Shown: positions 1-13,427, counted from the whole stretch's first letter. The stretch: 63,202 nucleotides of DNA, filler included, from Reclinomonas americana ATCC 50394 (GCA_048213135.1; 6 parts of 3 records of this genome joined end to end with filler, not necessarily neighbours in it); one strand, 5' to 3'. Notes: generated by a model from the sequence alone, not told the origin. Numbers and translations are program-made.

Positions 1-237
1 TGTCGCATGCTCCTCCGCAGCACTGACAAACCACTGCTCGAGTGTAAGAGCACACACACATAAAGAGAGATGAGACTGAACACACGCACAAACTGATCCT
101 CTGTGCGCAACACTGTCAGCAGTGGGCGACCGGCCACTGCCAGCTCCACCGACTCAGCATCGCCTCCAGTCACACTCAACTCACTGTCGGCATGTGCAGC
201 GCACCACGTCTCACACTCTCTCCGCAACATCACACCA

Positions 238-3200
238 ATGAATGAAAGAGTGGTGTCCTCGTCCCACGCGCGCTCTTCCTCCTTTGCCTCGTCTCCTTCT
301 CCGCCAATGTCCTCGCGACTGCCTGTGCTCAAGTCGTCGACCTCATCACTATCGTCGTCCTCATCGCGACTGCCTGTGCGTCGCGTGAGCACGCCCACTG
401 CACGCGCGCAGGAGCAGCAGCAAGAGCAGCAACAGCGTTTGTTGTTGAATGACAGCGCAGCGAGTGATAATGCGCATGACGAGGATGATGATGATGGAGA
501 TGAAGAGGGTGGTGTGCGTCAGAATGGAGGCAGCATGGATCAGTCGTCGACTTTGGTGATGCATGGACCGCGCGAGGGCGGCGATGTTGATGATGATGAT
601 CAGCGACTGTTGGATGAGATGGAGCTGCTGTCGTCATCGGTCTGAGTGACTTTCTCTCCTCTTTACGCGTGTGCGCGTGTGTGTTGCTCATCGCAGCGAT
701 TGGCAGAACTTTGATATCACCATTCCGCAGTGGGACGACACCACGGTGAATGCCAGTCAACAGTCGAGACATCCCTCGCTGCCTGGACCGTCGTCATCGC
801 AGGAGCACCCGCAGACACACCAGCGGCGATCTCCGACAAGTGGACTGTCGCCTGCATCGCCGGCGCAACAACATGTGAGATTCTTCTTCCCGCGTTTTTT
901 TCTCGCGTGCCTTCTTCCCTTGTGGTCGCTCACATGCGCACACGCGCGGTCCACTGGTGCAGCAGAGTCGGAAGCTGCCTGGCGCGATCGACACCGACTT
1001 GAATGGGACTGCGGGCGGGAGCCCGCAATCGGTGACATCGAAGCGGAGTGGCGCCAGCAATGCGTCGGCCTCGTTTTCCAGCTTCCCCGACGATGTCAGT
1101 ATGGGACTCGACTTGTCGGGTGCGTAGTAGCTCGGTGTCGACATTGCTGGCTGGCGTTTACTCAATCGGTGCGCTGCAGTGGTGGAACCGCATCAGCAGC
1201 TGGCGCGAGCACTCGGTGCTCCTGCGGTACCGCAATTAACGCTGCCTAAACACTCGTCACCCTCCACGCCAGTCTCTCCGCCGCCGCCGCCACCACCGCC
1301 AGCAGCACACGCGACCGCTCCAACAAGCCTCACACCACAGCAACTGGCTCCACGCGTACTGGACGTCTCCGGTCCGCTATCGCAGTCGTCCATGTCTCCG
1401 CCGTCGGCTGCCGTGGTTCGTTCTGCACATCGGTCCCACCTGCACGTTCTCCCCTCGATTTATCCCCTCCTCCTCTTCCTCGCAGCTTCCCGTCTCTCCA
1501 GGTCCAATGTTCGCGTCGGAGCTCGGTCACGATGACTCGTGCGTTGCTCGTGTCCGCTTCTCCTGCCGGTGCGTGTGTGTGTGTGGAGCTCACTAATGAT
1601 GCAATCGCAGACAAGCGCACCAACACGACATGAGCCGCGACGATGCAGTGGATGCAAGTGGCGGCGACGACGATGGCGATGAACTCGACAAGCTGGACTT
1701 GGACGGCAGCATTGCCGTCTCACACGAAGGTGTGTGTTGCTGTGAGCAATGCCTTCCCAACGCCATGGTGTTGACGCGGTTGTTTACCAGAGCTGCGACT
1801 GGAAGTGGAGCAAGAACTGCGACGAGAGTACGCCGTGGTGGTAGCAAAGCAGGTGGAAGAGGTGCGCGGAGCGATGAATGCTCAATTGCAGAGACTCGAC
1901 GATGCTGTCACGCGGCGCAGCATGGATCTCGACAGTCGCCACGCGAAACTGTTGGCAGAGATCGCCGCGTTGCGCAAGTTGGTGCGCGAACGCAGCGAGA
2001 AGGGTGCGTTTCAGTTGTGGATTGTGTGCGCGTTGCGTGTTTTTTCGGCTCTCACACTGGCGAGTCGTGTGCAGAGATGGCACAACCGTCAGACCGTGCG
2101 TGGTTCGAGCTGGAAAAAGCGGATATGGAGCGGCATTTGCGGGAGGAGTACGATCGACAACGTGCGCAAGAGGTGAGTGATGGTCGCGTGCTCTTGCTGC
2201 GCGTTCCACCAGCATCACAATGACGACGGTTGTCGCAGGATTTGGAGACGAAAAAGAAAATGGTAAAGCTGATCAAGAAGCACAAGTTGGATCTGGAGAA
2301 CGCACAAAGACAAGTTCGCTTGGACACCGAGGCCGAGCTAACAGAAGGTGCGTGCGTGTTGCTGGGATGTGCTCGAACGTGCTGCTGCTGACCACGCAAG
2401 TGCAGCGTTCAACAAGGAGAAAAGCGCACTGGCGGTGGCACTCGGCAAGCGGCACGACGAGGCTTTGCGGGAGGCATCCAAGGTACGTGATGCCGCGCGC
2501 CGGCCGCAGACAGTTGTCGCTCACATTCGCTACTCGTCGCGCAGCGGGTACGAGAGGAAACAGAACAGCGAGTCCGCACCGAGGCCGCACAGCAGGCGAA
2601 AACCGAAGTCGCACACGCACACGCTCGTACTCTGGCGCACGAGCGCTCCACGTTTGAGCGCCAAATGGAGGAACTCCGCAAGGTGAGTACCGCTGCGTGT
2701 GGCTCGCTGAACATGCCTGGCTCATGGTAGCGAGACAGAGTCACCGCGCCGAGCTCGAAAACATGCGCAAGGACCTGGAGGCCAAGCAAGACGAGACGGT
2801 GCGCAGTGTTTTGACTGAACAACGCGAGAGCTACGCCAAGCTGCTCGACGAGAGGACGAAGGTATGCGAACTCCTGCGTGTGCTTGTCATTGTGAAGCTG
2901 CCGCTCATGCTGATGCAGAAATGGGAGGCCGAGATCGAATTCGCACGGGAGCAGTCGGCGGCTGAGCTGAGACACGACTTGAACACTGCAATTAAACTTG
3001 CGGATGAGCTGAGGTTTGGGACCGGGAGAGCGAGAAAAAAGCAACCGGCGCAATATCGCGTCACTCATGCGCTTTGCACGACAGAAAACAACACGAAGTC
3101 GAATTGGTGGCTCTGCGCGAACAACTGCGGCGGACGGAGGAGAATCATGTCAAGGCTCTTGCTGACCAAAAGTCGCTGTTGAAGCTGCAACAGGAGGAGG

Positions 3201-6200
3201 AGCTGACACGGAAACTGCGGTGAGAGTGGTGTGGTTTCTCATTGTTGAGGGCGGATTGCTGATTGCTTGGGGAACAGTGAGCGCGAGGAGCTAGTCAAGG
3301 CCGAGTTCCGGGGAGCTGTGGAGCGCAAGATGCGGGAGGTGCTGTTGCAGAAGATCAAGCCACAGGTGCGAGCCGAGTTGAAGGAATCGCTGCGTGCTGA
3401 AGTACGCAACGAGTTGATGCGCGAGGTCTGTCTCGGTGCACGCATTTTCTCCACGTCACCGTCCTGCATCTGACATGGCGGCATGTGTGTAGTTGGGAGA
3501 GGCACTTGCCAAGGAGGCCATGGACAATGCAGCGGCAGAGGTGTGCAGTTGTTTTCGCTCACCTACAATGTTCTGTTGTGCCTCTTCTCACGCGATTGTC
3601 AGTTCGGAGCCGATCGGGACGCCGAGTTGGCGGCAGTGAAGGCGGAGTTGGAAGATCGCATGTACTTGTTGCGCAAGGAGTTGGAGGAGCAGCATGCGGT
3701 GACGCTGCGAGAGCAGGAGAAACGAGTGCGTCGCGAGGCACTCTGCATATTACTCATCTTCTCGTGTACCCGCTCACTGTTGCGTTGATTGCTTGCGCGA
3801 CAGTTCATGGATGGTCACGCAGCGCAGGTCGCCCGACTCGAGCACGACGTGGCGCATTTGAAGGTGCAGTGGGTGTCTACCAGTGTCATTCACTGTTGCT
3901 GTGATTGACATGTGCAATCACACAGCGTGCACTGGACAAGGAGGAGACGGAGAAGCGTCAGCTGCTGCGCAAGCTCAACGACGACAAGACAGGCGGAGCG
4001 TTGCGTCTGTTCACCTCTCCTTTCTAATGTGCGTTTTTCTCAACCGACAGTCGCTGTTCCAGACACCGTCGCGCGATGGCTGCTGCTGTCGTAGCTGCCG
4101 GTGGTACTGGAGCAGCAAGTGGACGTGCGTCAAGTGCGACCACCGCTGCTGCCGTTAGCGGATCGCAACGTGGTGAAGTCGGCAAGGCAAATGCGCCAGG
4201 CGCAAGTCGCGAGTTTCGTAGCAGCACGTTCTTCCCAGTGTTTCTTCTTCTTGACCTTGACTCACCAGTCCCTCGCCTTTCTTGCCATCGACAGTCGTCT
4301 GGATGTTGCTGTTGCCGCTGGTCCCATCATGGGAGGTGGGCTGGTGCGCAACGTCAGCGCCGACGCGTCAGTGTCACCAGGTTTGGTGCTCTCGTTGGCA
4401 GTCGATTTCCACGCTTACCCTGCTCACCTCAATAACAGAGGTGTCACCGCGAGCATCGTCCGCGCCTCCTGCTCGTGCGCGCCCAGCGCCGTCACAGCAG
4501 CAGCACCACCATCCAGCACATCACACACCTTCGGGCGTCACTGGCTACTCACCAAACTCATTCGCTGCGTACCAGACCACACCACCAGACAGCAGTCCCT
4601 CATCGCGACACGGCGGCTCGGCGTACACTGTGGCGAACGGCGTGATGCACAACATTACGCCGTCGGGTCGGCGGAAGCCGCATTACGCTGTGCCCACGTT
4701 GTCGTCGTCGTTTAGGGAGATGCCAGCCGTGTCGCCCACCAAGTCCCCGAGCGGTGCTGATGCTCATCTGCACGATGGCGATGCGGCTCTGCGGTTAAGC
4801 GCCGGCGAGCTGGTCCTGAGCGTACGTCTGTGTTGCCACTTCATCATCTTCGTAGGGTTATGCTCACACACGCACACTGTGTTTCACAGGGTTTGCGCTC
4901 TGCTCCCCGAAGTGACGACGAGATGCTGGCACAGCTTGAACGTGATTACCTGACGCCGTCTGGAGATGCGCGGAAGGTTTCGTAGAATAATGCACGCAAC
5001 GCAGTCATGTGATACGCGTTTTGTAATCCGTGGTGTTCTTCCAGGGTGCTGCTGCCGAGGCGTTGACCCTGTCGCCCGGTGGCATGGCGCTGTTCGGCCC
5101 GCAACTGGGTGCCGGACCGTCGCCGTCGTTCATGGATGTATCGATGACGTCGAGCATGTTGGATGCCAGTCCGCAGCAGCATATCGAGAGCCCGCCTGTT
5201 GCTCCACCGCCTCCGCCACCACCAGCTGTGACGCAGCCGACTGCCATGGTATGCATGCAGTCGGATTGCACACTCCGGTTGTCACCTTGCGACTGAACGT
5301 GTGTGTCATCACACAGCGACAGCCGGCTCGCGAGCCTCCTGGTGGCGCGTACGAGCGTTTTCTTCGACGAGAGGTGATTAATCCTTCCCACCCCCTCTCA
5401 ATGATCACTCACGAACCTATGCGCTGCGCGAGCAGGCTGTCGGAGCCAATCCGCCCGCCGCTGCCGCACGGTCATCGTCGCGTCAACGATCGCCACCGCC
5501 AGCATCGGCTACTCAACCTGCTCCATCTGCACCGGCGCCGACAATCACAGTGACACAGGCGACATCATCGACCGCAGCTGCCGCGGCTACTGCTGCTGCG
5601 CCACAGTCGGGACCGGCCTCGGCACGACCGCGCCGTAACAAGGCCGAAGACGAGCGATTTGAGGTGTCGTCACTTACGCGCTCCTCTCTTTGTGCATGCG
5701 ACGCATTGTCCTTAACCCCGTGGCCGTGCAGGACTTGGAGCGAGCCAATTTCGTGGCCATGGAGGCTGAGCGTGACGCGGAGCGCAAGTTCGACATGATG
5801 ATGCATGTCATGTTTTCAGTGCGTTGTTGTACTCTTCTTGTACATGTGTCTGTGTTGCTTGCACGCTGACATGCAGCATCGGGGTAACAGGACACGGATG
5901 ACACTGGCCGGTGCGGTCGTCTGCTGCAGAGCTCTGAAGATCTCTGGGCCTCGTTCCTGTACATCAAGTCGCAGTGGGACACACTGGAGGTGTCGTTTGG
6001 TGAGCGGTACGAGTTCCTGTCGGTAAGTCGCGCCCAGTTGCTGCGTGTGGAGTCGTCGTCGCGAGTGGTGTGGCCTGATCCATTTACGGGCAGGCACTCG
6101 GACGCAATCCATCGTCGGTCACGGCCGACTCGCTGGCCGAGCGCCTCGAGGCACACTCAATGCACCTCGACCATCGTCGCACCGTGTGGGAGAAGCAAAT

Positions 6201-6710
6201 CCAGTGGGCCCGCAAACGCGAGAACATGAAAAAGGAATTGTCGCACCTCATGAGCGAGGCTGTGGACTACAACCCAGGCGGTGAGTCTGTGTGTGAGAGG
6301 ACTGGCAGCGAAGGTCGTGTTGAACTCACGCGTCTGCCAGATTCGATGCACCGGCGAGTCGGTATGCGTCGTGCGGAACTGCGAACCAAGCTGCAGAAGG
6401 TGCGCCGGTGCGTGTTGGAGTGCAAGTGATCACTGACTGACTGCCTCCTCGACAGGTCACGCAAGCGCTCACCAAGTCGATCGAGAAGCTCGAACATGCG
6501 CGGCACGAATTATTCATGTGGCGCGGCTTCCGCTACCTCGGTATGTTATCATACTGTCAGAGTCATTAGAGAGGAAAGATCGTCTCTAGCTCACTGCATG
6601 GTTCCCGTTCTTTCACAGACGTGATCGAGTTGGACCGGTTACGAAGTCTGCGGCAAGCCGGAGCAGAACTCGCCACTGAGATCACACGATGGGTACGGAG
6701 ACAGGCATGA
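238..6710 (+). CDS. Large multi-exon coiled-coil protein with a C-terminal MAP65/ASE1/PRC1-like (CCDC87-like) region
   Basis: More than 20 GT-AG introns splice into one frame: a Ser/Pro-rich N-terminus, then E/K/R/Q-rich coiled coil (e.g. EQELRREYAVVVAKQVEEVRG). The C-terminus SQWDTLEVSFGERYEFLS...KVTQALTKSIEKLEHARHELFMWRGFRYLDVIELD resembles the MAP65/Ase1 'W E....F...G..YL' motif. The start is uncertain and upstream exons are possible. Confidence 0.55.
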
Positions 6711-6900
6711 TCAAGGATTCAAGAAGAGTGACTTCTCTTTTACTTGTGCTCGGTGGTCGTATGGTGAACGGTAAAGATTTACGGACATGTAGTGTTGTAC
6801 GTGATCGGGATCGTGCACGAGGTGACGGGATTCGATCGCCTCCTGTCGTTGCGGTTCCCGCGTGCGTCAGATTTCCGCGAGCGTCACGATGTGTGCCAAG

Positions 6901-9872
6901 TTATCTGAGTTCGTGCGACATGACTGGCTCTCCCTCTGCACACAATGTTAGAAACCAGTGTCGTGAGCGCAGGCAGTGATACGGTGAAAGCTCCTCACCA
7001 AGCTTGCACAAGCGCGCCAGTTTGCATCGCAGATCGTCCCACGAGGTGGAGGTGCGGAAAATGTGGGCACACGTCATGAATCTGAGCGACGAAAACCCAG
7101 TGAGCCACCCCGCTTCATCCCATCACTGACCAGCACACGCAACAGCACGGGATCGGCTTCTTCGTCGTAGATGGACACAGAGAACTGCACGGCACACACA
7201 AACAAGTCAATATTTTTTTGACGCAGAGGAACACGCTTCGCAACAACGAACTCACCATGTCCGAGAAGAATTCACCCTCCAGCGGCTGCCAGCGAAGGGA
7301 GCCCATGTAGCCCGGCGAGTCCACCATGAAGCCGACTCGTCTGCTCTTCTGATCCACAAGCCTCCATGCACGACCCACGGTCTTGTCGAGGGTGTCGTAT
7401 TCGGGAACACTGGTGCGGAAGTCGAAGCCTGCACGTAGCAAGCGATCGACAAAACACTCGAAACCCTCGCCCAGTCCAATGTCGTCGGCTAGAATGTCCT
7501 CGAAAGAGATGTCCCACAGATCCATGGAGAACAGCGCGACCGGCTGGCCCAGCGTCTGCATGATCGGCGGTGGCGACCCGGCGTAGCGGCGCACCAAGTA
7601 GCCAGGGTTGGAGCGGATAGTGGCACACAACAGAGGACCGGAGAATACGTCGAGTTCACGCTGCGAACGGCAGCCCCACCGCATCATGGCCGACAGCAGA
7701 GGGACATCGGGCAATGGCTCCACTTCGTGCTTGCGATGCAAGCGTGCCGTCTGCCGCGCTCCGTCTTGTCAGCACATAGATTCAGCGACCTTGCATGCAC
7801 AAAGTACGCACCACGCCGGCCTTGTCCTTGTTCTCGATCCACTGCAACAAACGAAGCATCTCCCACGGGCGCGACGTGTCGAATGTGCGCGCATTCTCCT
7901 TCATCACCATCACAATCACCGACAGAAACTGCTTGAACGACACACCGCGACTGCCATCTGCGCCGAGCGTTGAGTGCTGGTGACAGTGCAAGCAACTGAA
8001 CAACGACACACACACTCACCACTGGCAGATTGCGGGGGAAAGTTGGCGAGAGCCTCCTTGAGAATGGCACGCAGACGATCCACTTGTAGCGGGTCTGACA
8101 ACAGCGTTAAGTCATAGGCACCAATAAAGTCCTCTAGCAGGTGCTGCAACCGACAAGGTGAGCGAGTGCGAGCAACAGGCTTCACGTATTTTTCTCGATT
8201 CGCGCAACATCTGGCAGCAGATCCGTGTTGTAGCAGTCGAACCATGTGGTGTACACGTGGAATGCACGACGTAGTGGCCCTGTTCCCGCAAGACAACAGT
8301 TGAGCGATGGCACAACCACCAACGCCGGGGTATTATGCGCGTCGCTCACCGTGAACCATGGCCAGTTCCAGCACATCCGGCGACATGTGGCGCACCAGAA
8401 ACTCGTGCATGTCGATGCGCACCGGACCCTTTGGCGGCGCCGCAGCCTGCTCTTCCATCTCCTCCTGCTGCGCTCGTCGAGCATCCTCCAACATGTGCAC
8501 CTTGAAGTAGTCGTAATAGAAACGATCGTCGAACAGATTCAACAGTGCTTCCACCTGCGGCATCCGATTCGTCACCACACCTTGAGGACACGGCAAGGAA
8601 AGAGAGAAACAGAGAGAGAGAGAGGCAGACGCACCTTCATCATGCTGGTGGGATATTCGCCGGCAAACGCCGGACGACTGAATGCCGTGAGCGCAATGCG
8701 CACCACCGACTCGCAGAACTCGTCAAAGTTCATCTCGCTGGTATCATCGTCGCTATTGTCGCCGACATTGGCCGCACGAAAGATCTGCAAGGAACTCGTG
8801 AATACAACTCCTCAGATAAAGAAAGAGACTAGAAAAACCGCACCTGTGCCACCTCCCACGTGGAAATGTAGGAGGGGAACACAGTGAGCGTGCGCAGCAA
8901 GACCATCAGCTCGCCAATGTCCATGGTAAGGCGTTTTGCACTGGCCGAATCCGTGTGCTTTTCGGTATCGGCAAAGTATCTGTACATCTGCGAAGAGTAG
9001 CGTGTGTTACACGCTGCTTGCGCACGATCGCCACATCGACGGTTGCGACACACCTTCTCGAGGGGTCTGGAGAAGAACTTCATGCAGTACACCACCTGCG
9101 GGTCCACCAGCGCCGGACAGCCGCGCTTCAGCACTTTTTCGTACTGGCCGCCGGTGCGATACTTTTCGTGCAGTGGAGCGAGGTGTCGATCCCACATAAA
9201 GATGAACCAGTGCGTGCTCGTGGCCTCGATCTCTGCTGCATACATCTTGGAGAGAGTGGCGAGGAGACCCAACAGCTCGTCCGGATCCACCGTGTTGTCA
9301 ATCGACTCTGACGCCGCCACGCGGTTGAACAGGACCTCCTGCAGCGCGTCGTCGACAGTGAGCAGCGGTGACGCTCTTGTCGCGAGACACACGCGCATAC
9401 ACGTACCAGTTCAGTGGTGGACATGCGTGCGGCCCGGAACAGCCCCGAGTCGATCATGAACTGGCGAAAGGCGGCACGGTTCCACTCGCCTCGCAAAAGC
9501 CCTGCGATATCGATCTGCAGGTGAGCGGAAAGAGACAGAGAGGGGGAAGCGATTGGCCGCCGACACACCAGTGGCAGTGTTGGCTGAGTAAAAGTCAAAC
9601 AGCAAGTTGAAGCCATCTGCCAGAAGAGAATGATGATGATGAGCAACAACCAATCAATCAATCACCTTCCATGCGCAACTCTTTTGTGCGGGCGTCATCT
9701 CAAAGTCCACATCGGGGTTCGCCTCTGCCACCGCCTCAAAGATCGACTTTGACTCCCCTTGCTGCTGCTGTTGCTTCGACGATGAAGGCGACTCGCGCAC
9801 ACCATCCGCCTCTTCTTCTTCCTCGTGATCGCTGTCATCGACGACATCAGAGACCACGCGAGTGCGCTGCAT
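6901..9872 (-). CDS. Multi-exon protein with degenerate EF-hand-like repeats, function unknown (possibly cytoskeletal/flagellar)
   Basis: Spliced exons give TMDIGELMVLLRTL...EVAQIFRAANVGDNSDDDTSEMNFDEFCESVVRIA, NTVDPDELLGLLATL and GVSFKQFLSVIV, which are EF-hand-like helix-loop-helix units. Introns are canonical. Confidence 0.5.
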
Positions 9873-10041
9873 TGAAGAGGAGTCAACACACACTGAGTGC
9901 TCGTGCGTGTGGCACAGTGAGACGCGCAACTGGCGGTTGAACAGTGGCCATCACGCGCGCGCGGGAAGAGAAGTGAAGAGAGCTGCGCACAGTCGTGCGT
10001 GATTGTCCACTCAGTCCGTCTCCTTCGTCGTTTTTTCCATC

Positions 10042-12050
10042 ATGACACGCAGTGTTGCTCTGGTCGGCCTCGTGCTGGCTTTGTTGTTTGCAGTGGCGGC
10101 TGCTGAGCCTCGCATGCTCCGCGGGTACTCGGAGCAACTGACGCCGCTCACGCTGCAGCTCTTCTCGCCCTCGGAGGTACAACACAACACACGACTGTGC
10201 GCAGTGTGTGTGTGAAGTTGACGTGCGTGTGTGCATTGTAGGTGCAAGCTACCAATGCGCGTTGTCTGGATGGAACGCCGGCGGGGTTTTACTTCCGCAA
10301 CAGCACGAGCGTGACGGGTGCTGCTGACAAGTGGATTGTCTTCCTGCAAGGTGCACGTGCGAGTGTGCAGAGAAGAAGAGACGAGAGAGGAGGAGGAGGA
10401 GAAGGAGACGAACAAGAAGAATGAGAAGAAGAAGAAGAAGAAGAACAAGAACGAGAACAAGAACAAGAAGAAAGAAGAACAAGAACAAGAGCAAGATGAA
10501 CAACAAGAAGAACAGAAGGAGAAGAAGAAGAACAACTGAACAAGAAAGAAAAGAAGAAGAACAAACAGAACAAGAAGAACAACAAGAAGAGCGAGAACAA
10601 CAAGAAGAGCGAGAAGAAGAAGAAGAAGAAGAAGAAGAAGAAGAAGAAGAAGAAGAAGAAGAAGAAGAAGAAGAAGAGCAAGCAAACAAAGACTCGTGCT
10701 GACTATTATGACGGAGTGCAGGAGGTGGAGCATGCTCGGCAGTGTCGGATTGCCGTGAGCGCGCCAAGACCGCCCTCGGCTCGTCCAACTACTGGACTCC
10801 CACCGCTGTCGACAACACCATTCTCTCCAACGATCCGCAGCTGAACCCCGACTTTTACGACTGGAATCACGTCTATGTGCCCTGTGCGTCGCAGCTGCGG
10901 TCTCCTTTCTTTGTGATCCTCCTCCCTTCACTCTTCCTTTCCGGCTGGGTGCAGACTGCGGCGGTGATTTGCACTCGGGTCAGCGCACGACCGTGGCGCC
11001 GGCACCGTATGACGAGTTCTACTTCTCGGGCCACCTCACCTTTGTCGCCATTCTCAACAAGGTGTCTGGGACGGCGTACGGCATGCAGCGTGCGTCGGAG
11101 ATTCTCCTGCTCGGCGTCTCGGCCGGCGGCATTGGCACCCTCATTCACGCTGATTTCATGGCGGCCATGTTCCCGCGGGCGCGCTTCACTGCGGCTCCGT
11201 CGGCGGGTTGGTTCTTGGATGTGCCCAAGTTTAACCCCAAGGATCCGTCACTCGCCGTCGGCCTCACCAAGAGCCTTGGTAAGTGCGGGAAAAGGAGACG
11301 GCAGCAAAAGCAGCGGCTCACTCTCACACTCTCTTCCTCCTCCCCCGCAGAGGTGTTCAATGGCTTCGTGCCGCCGGCGTGCCAAAAGGACAACCAGCAG
11401 AGTTGCGTTGCATGAGCGATATCACCGGCGCTGGTGCAACGCTCACCAGCGACACTTTGTGCGTAGTTCCCGGCCGATGCTACTGCGCAGACTACCTGCT
11501 GCCGTACATCAAGTCTCGTCTGCACGTCTCCGAGTATCAGGTACACGCGCTCACCTTCCGTCCTCTTTCCGCCGCTGCCCCGTCCTCACCACCGAATCGC
11601 GTGCACACAGTTTGACTCGAACCAGCTCTACGCGCAGGACGAGTGCCCGCAGGGCGACACTCCGCAAACGCGCGCCTACATCACCTCGTTCGGCCAGGTG
11701 ATGCGCTACCGCCTGCACGAGGTCATGAAGAACCCGCAGAGTGGCTTGTTTGCGCCGTCGTGCCTTGAGCATGCGCTGGCGTGGACGGGCGTCACTGTGC
11801 AGGGCTACTCGCTGCAGCAGGCGCTCGGCAACTGGTTTGTGACTCTCCTCACACTCGTTCTCTCTCCTTTTGTGACGCTGCTTGACGAGCGCTACCCAGG
11901 TACTTTGGGCGACCTGGCAAGCCAACGCAGCTCATCGGTCAGTGCTCGTGCGCGTCACGTGTGTGGAAGGTTGTGCTAAATTCGTGATGTGGGGCAGATG
12001 AGTGCGGACCGCTGCCGTGCACGCCCAACTGCCCTCACTTGACAAAATGA
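10042..12050 (+). CDS. Secreted pectin acetylesterase / Notum-family carboxylesterase
   Basis: Signal peptide MTRSVALVGLVLALLFAVAAA. Family motifs ARCLDGTPAGFYFR, WIVFLQGGGAC, NPDFYDWNHVYVPYCGGDLHSG, catalytic GVSAGG and GLFAPSCLEH. Confidence 0.9.
10372..10690 (+). repeat. Degenerate (GAA)n/(GAACAA)n purine microsatellite inside intron 2 of the pectin acetylesterase gene
   Basis: Visible run of gaa/caagaa units with a pure (GAA)n at about 10613-10677. It lies between the donor after FLQG and the acceptor before GGAC. Confidence 0.95.
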
Positions 12051-12167
12051 TGGCGAATGCTCGCTACTAGCATGTGAGGAAAGAAAAACAGAGACGGCGT
12101 TGATCGCCTAGTGATACCTAACAAAGACACTCTCGATACATTTTTCCACCTATTTTCCTGGTCACTT

Positions 12168-13343
12168 GCCATTCTGTTAACGCACAGAGTCAACGACGGC
12201 TGCCCACACACACACATATCTCTTTTTTTCTCCTGCTCTGACGCAACGACAACAGTCTTGGCAGGAGGCGGCGAGGATGAGGAAGAGGAAGAGGATGATG
12301 ACGATTCTCCGTTGACCGGCGCGGCGGCTACACTTGCCCAGTGCTTGCCGAAGCGTGTGGGCGACGTGTTGCTCTCGCGCACGATTTCGGACAATAGTGC
12401 GCCCACCATGTCTCGAAGCAACGGCGCCGGCTCGTCCCGCAGGGAGCATTCGACACTGTGCGCGACAGAGAAAGTCAGCCATGGACTGCAATAATCGAAC
12501 GTGGAATGCACGGAACATGTGCAGCGGTCTCAAATGTTCCACGTCGGTCTCCTGGATCGGGTACCTGGCCGGAACATCTCGGGAGCTATCAACCTGCTCC
12601 AGTACGAGGATCAGAATCAGTAACAAGGAACCGCCCACCACAGTATTTCTCGCACCATATTGGCCACTGTGACAGCAGATCAGACACGTATTGCAAAGGG
12701 CATACACGGAGAGAGAAAAAGTAAACTCACCGACGAGCGGTCGGCAGGGTCGATAATGACTCTGCTTCTCAATGTTGAACGCCGTCGCATTGATCCAGTT
12801 GTTGGTCTGCACGCACACCATGAAACACGGCCGACAACACAAAACAATCATCTCGCAGTCGCTGTCAACGCACCAGCCCGGCGTCGGCCTCCTCCGCCAA
12901 GTGCGCGAGATCGGCAACAACCAAGAAGCCATGCACACCCGCAAAGATGCTCGGATTGGAAGCTCGCAGATACTTGCAAGGCGCTGTGTCGTCGGAGTTC
13001 AGAAACATCTCCGGCGTGCGTACGACAAAGACAACTCCTCGGGTGCGGCGCAACTTGACGGCACCAGTGCAACAAGGTGCACGCAGTACAGACCTCCATC
13101 GTAGAGCGCTGCAGATCCACCGTCGTCAGCGCACGTCATGATCAAGAGTGCGCGACAACAGGATAGCTTACCATACGACACATTACTTCCGGTGGTGCCA
13201 TTGCTCACACCGCCACTGCCGCTGCTGCTGGTGCGATCGGAAAATCGCGCCCAGCGGTCCTCAAACGTCTGCTTGCCATCGTCATCAGGGCCGACGACCA
13301 AGATACGCACATCAATGGCCGTCTCCGACACCAGCGGATTCAT
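12168..13343 (-). CDS. Highly divergent Ras-superfamily (Rab-like) small GTPase, probably a pseudo-GTPase
   Basis: Ordered degenerate G-box equivalents: VRILVVGPDDDGKQT (G1), IFAGVHGFLVVADL (post-G3 strand), NNWI helix, PLVVANMVD (G4, NKxD changed to NMVD) and VECSLR (G5). Both ends are uncertain. Confidence 0.55.
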
Positions 13344-13427
13344 CGACTGCTCCACAAAACGATGTGAGCACTATAGGCGCAACNNNNNNNNNNNNNNNNN
13401 NNNNNNNNNNNNNNNNNNNNNNNNNNN

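Noticed and set aside
638-707. Possible CT donor (GT|ctgagt) joined to the AG at 696
   Set aside because: A canonical GT at 640 with the AG at 706 keeps the frame. It cannot be resolved without RNA data.
3727-3745. Apparent GC donor (GAG|gcactc)
   Set aside because: A consensus GTGCGT donor in the same phase lies 12 nt upstream.
10011-10931. Long poly-Leu/Phe/Ser/Glu/Lys ORFs in several frames
   Set aside because: They are translations of the intronic GAA microsatellite.
12117-12175. A frame ending ...YRECLC* resembling a Rab CxC prenylation motif
   Set aside because: I found no GT-AG splice that places this frame in register with the GTPase-like ORF.
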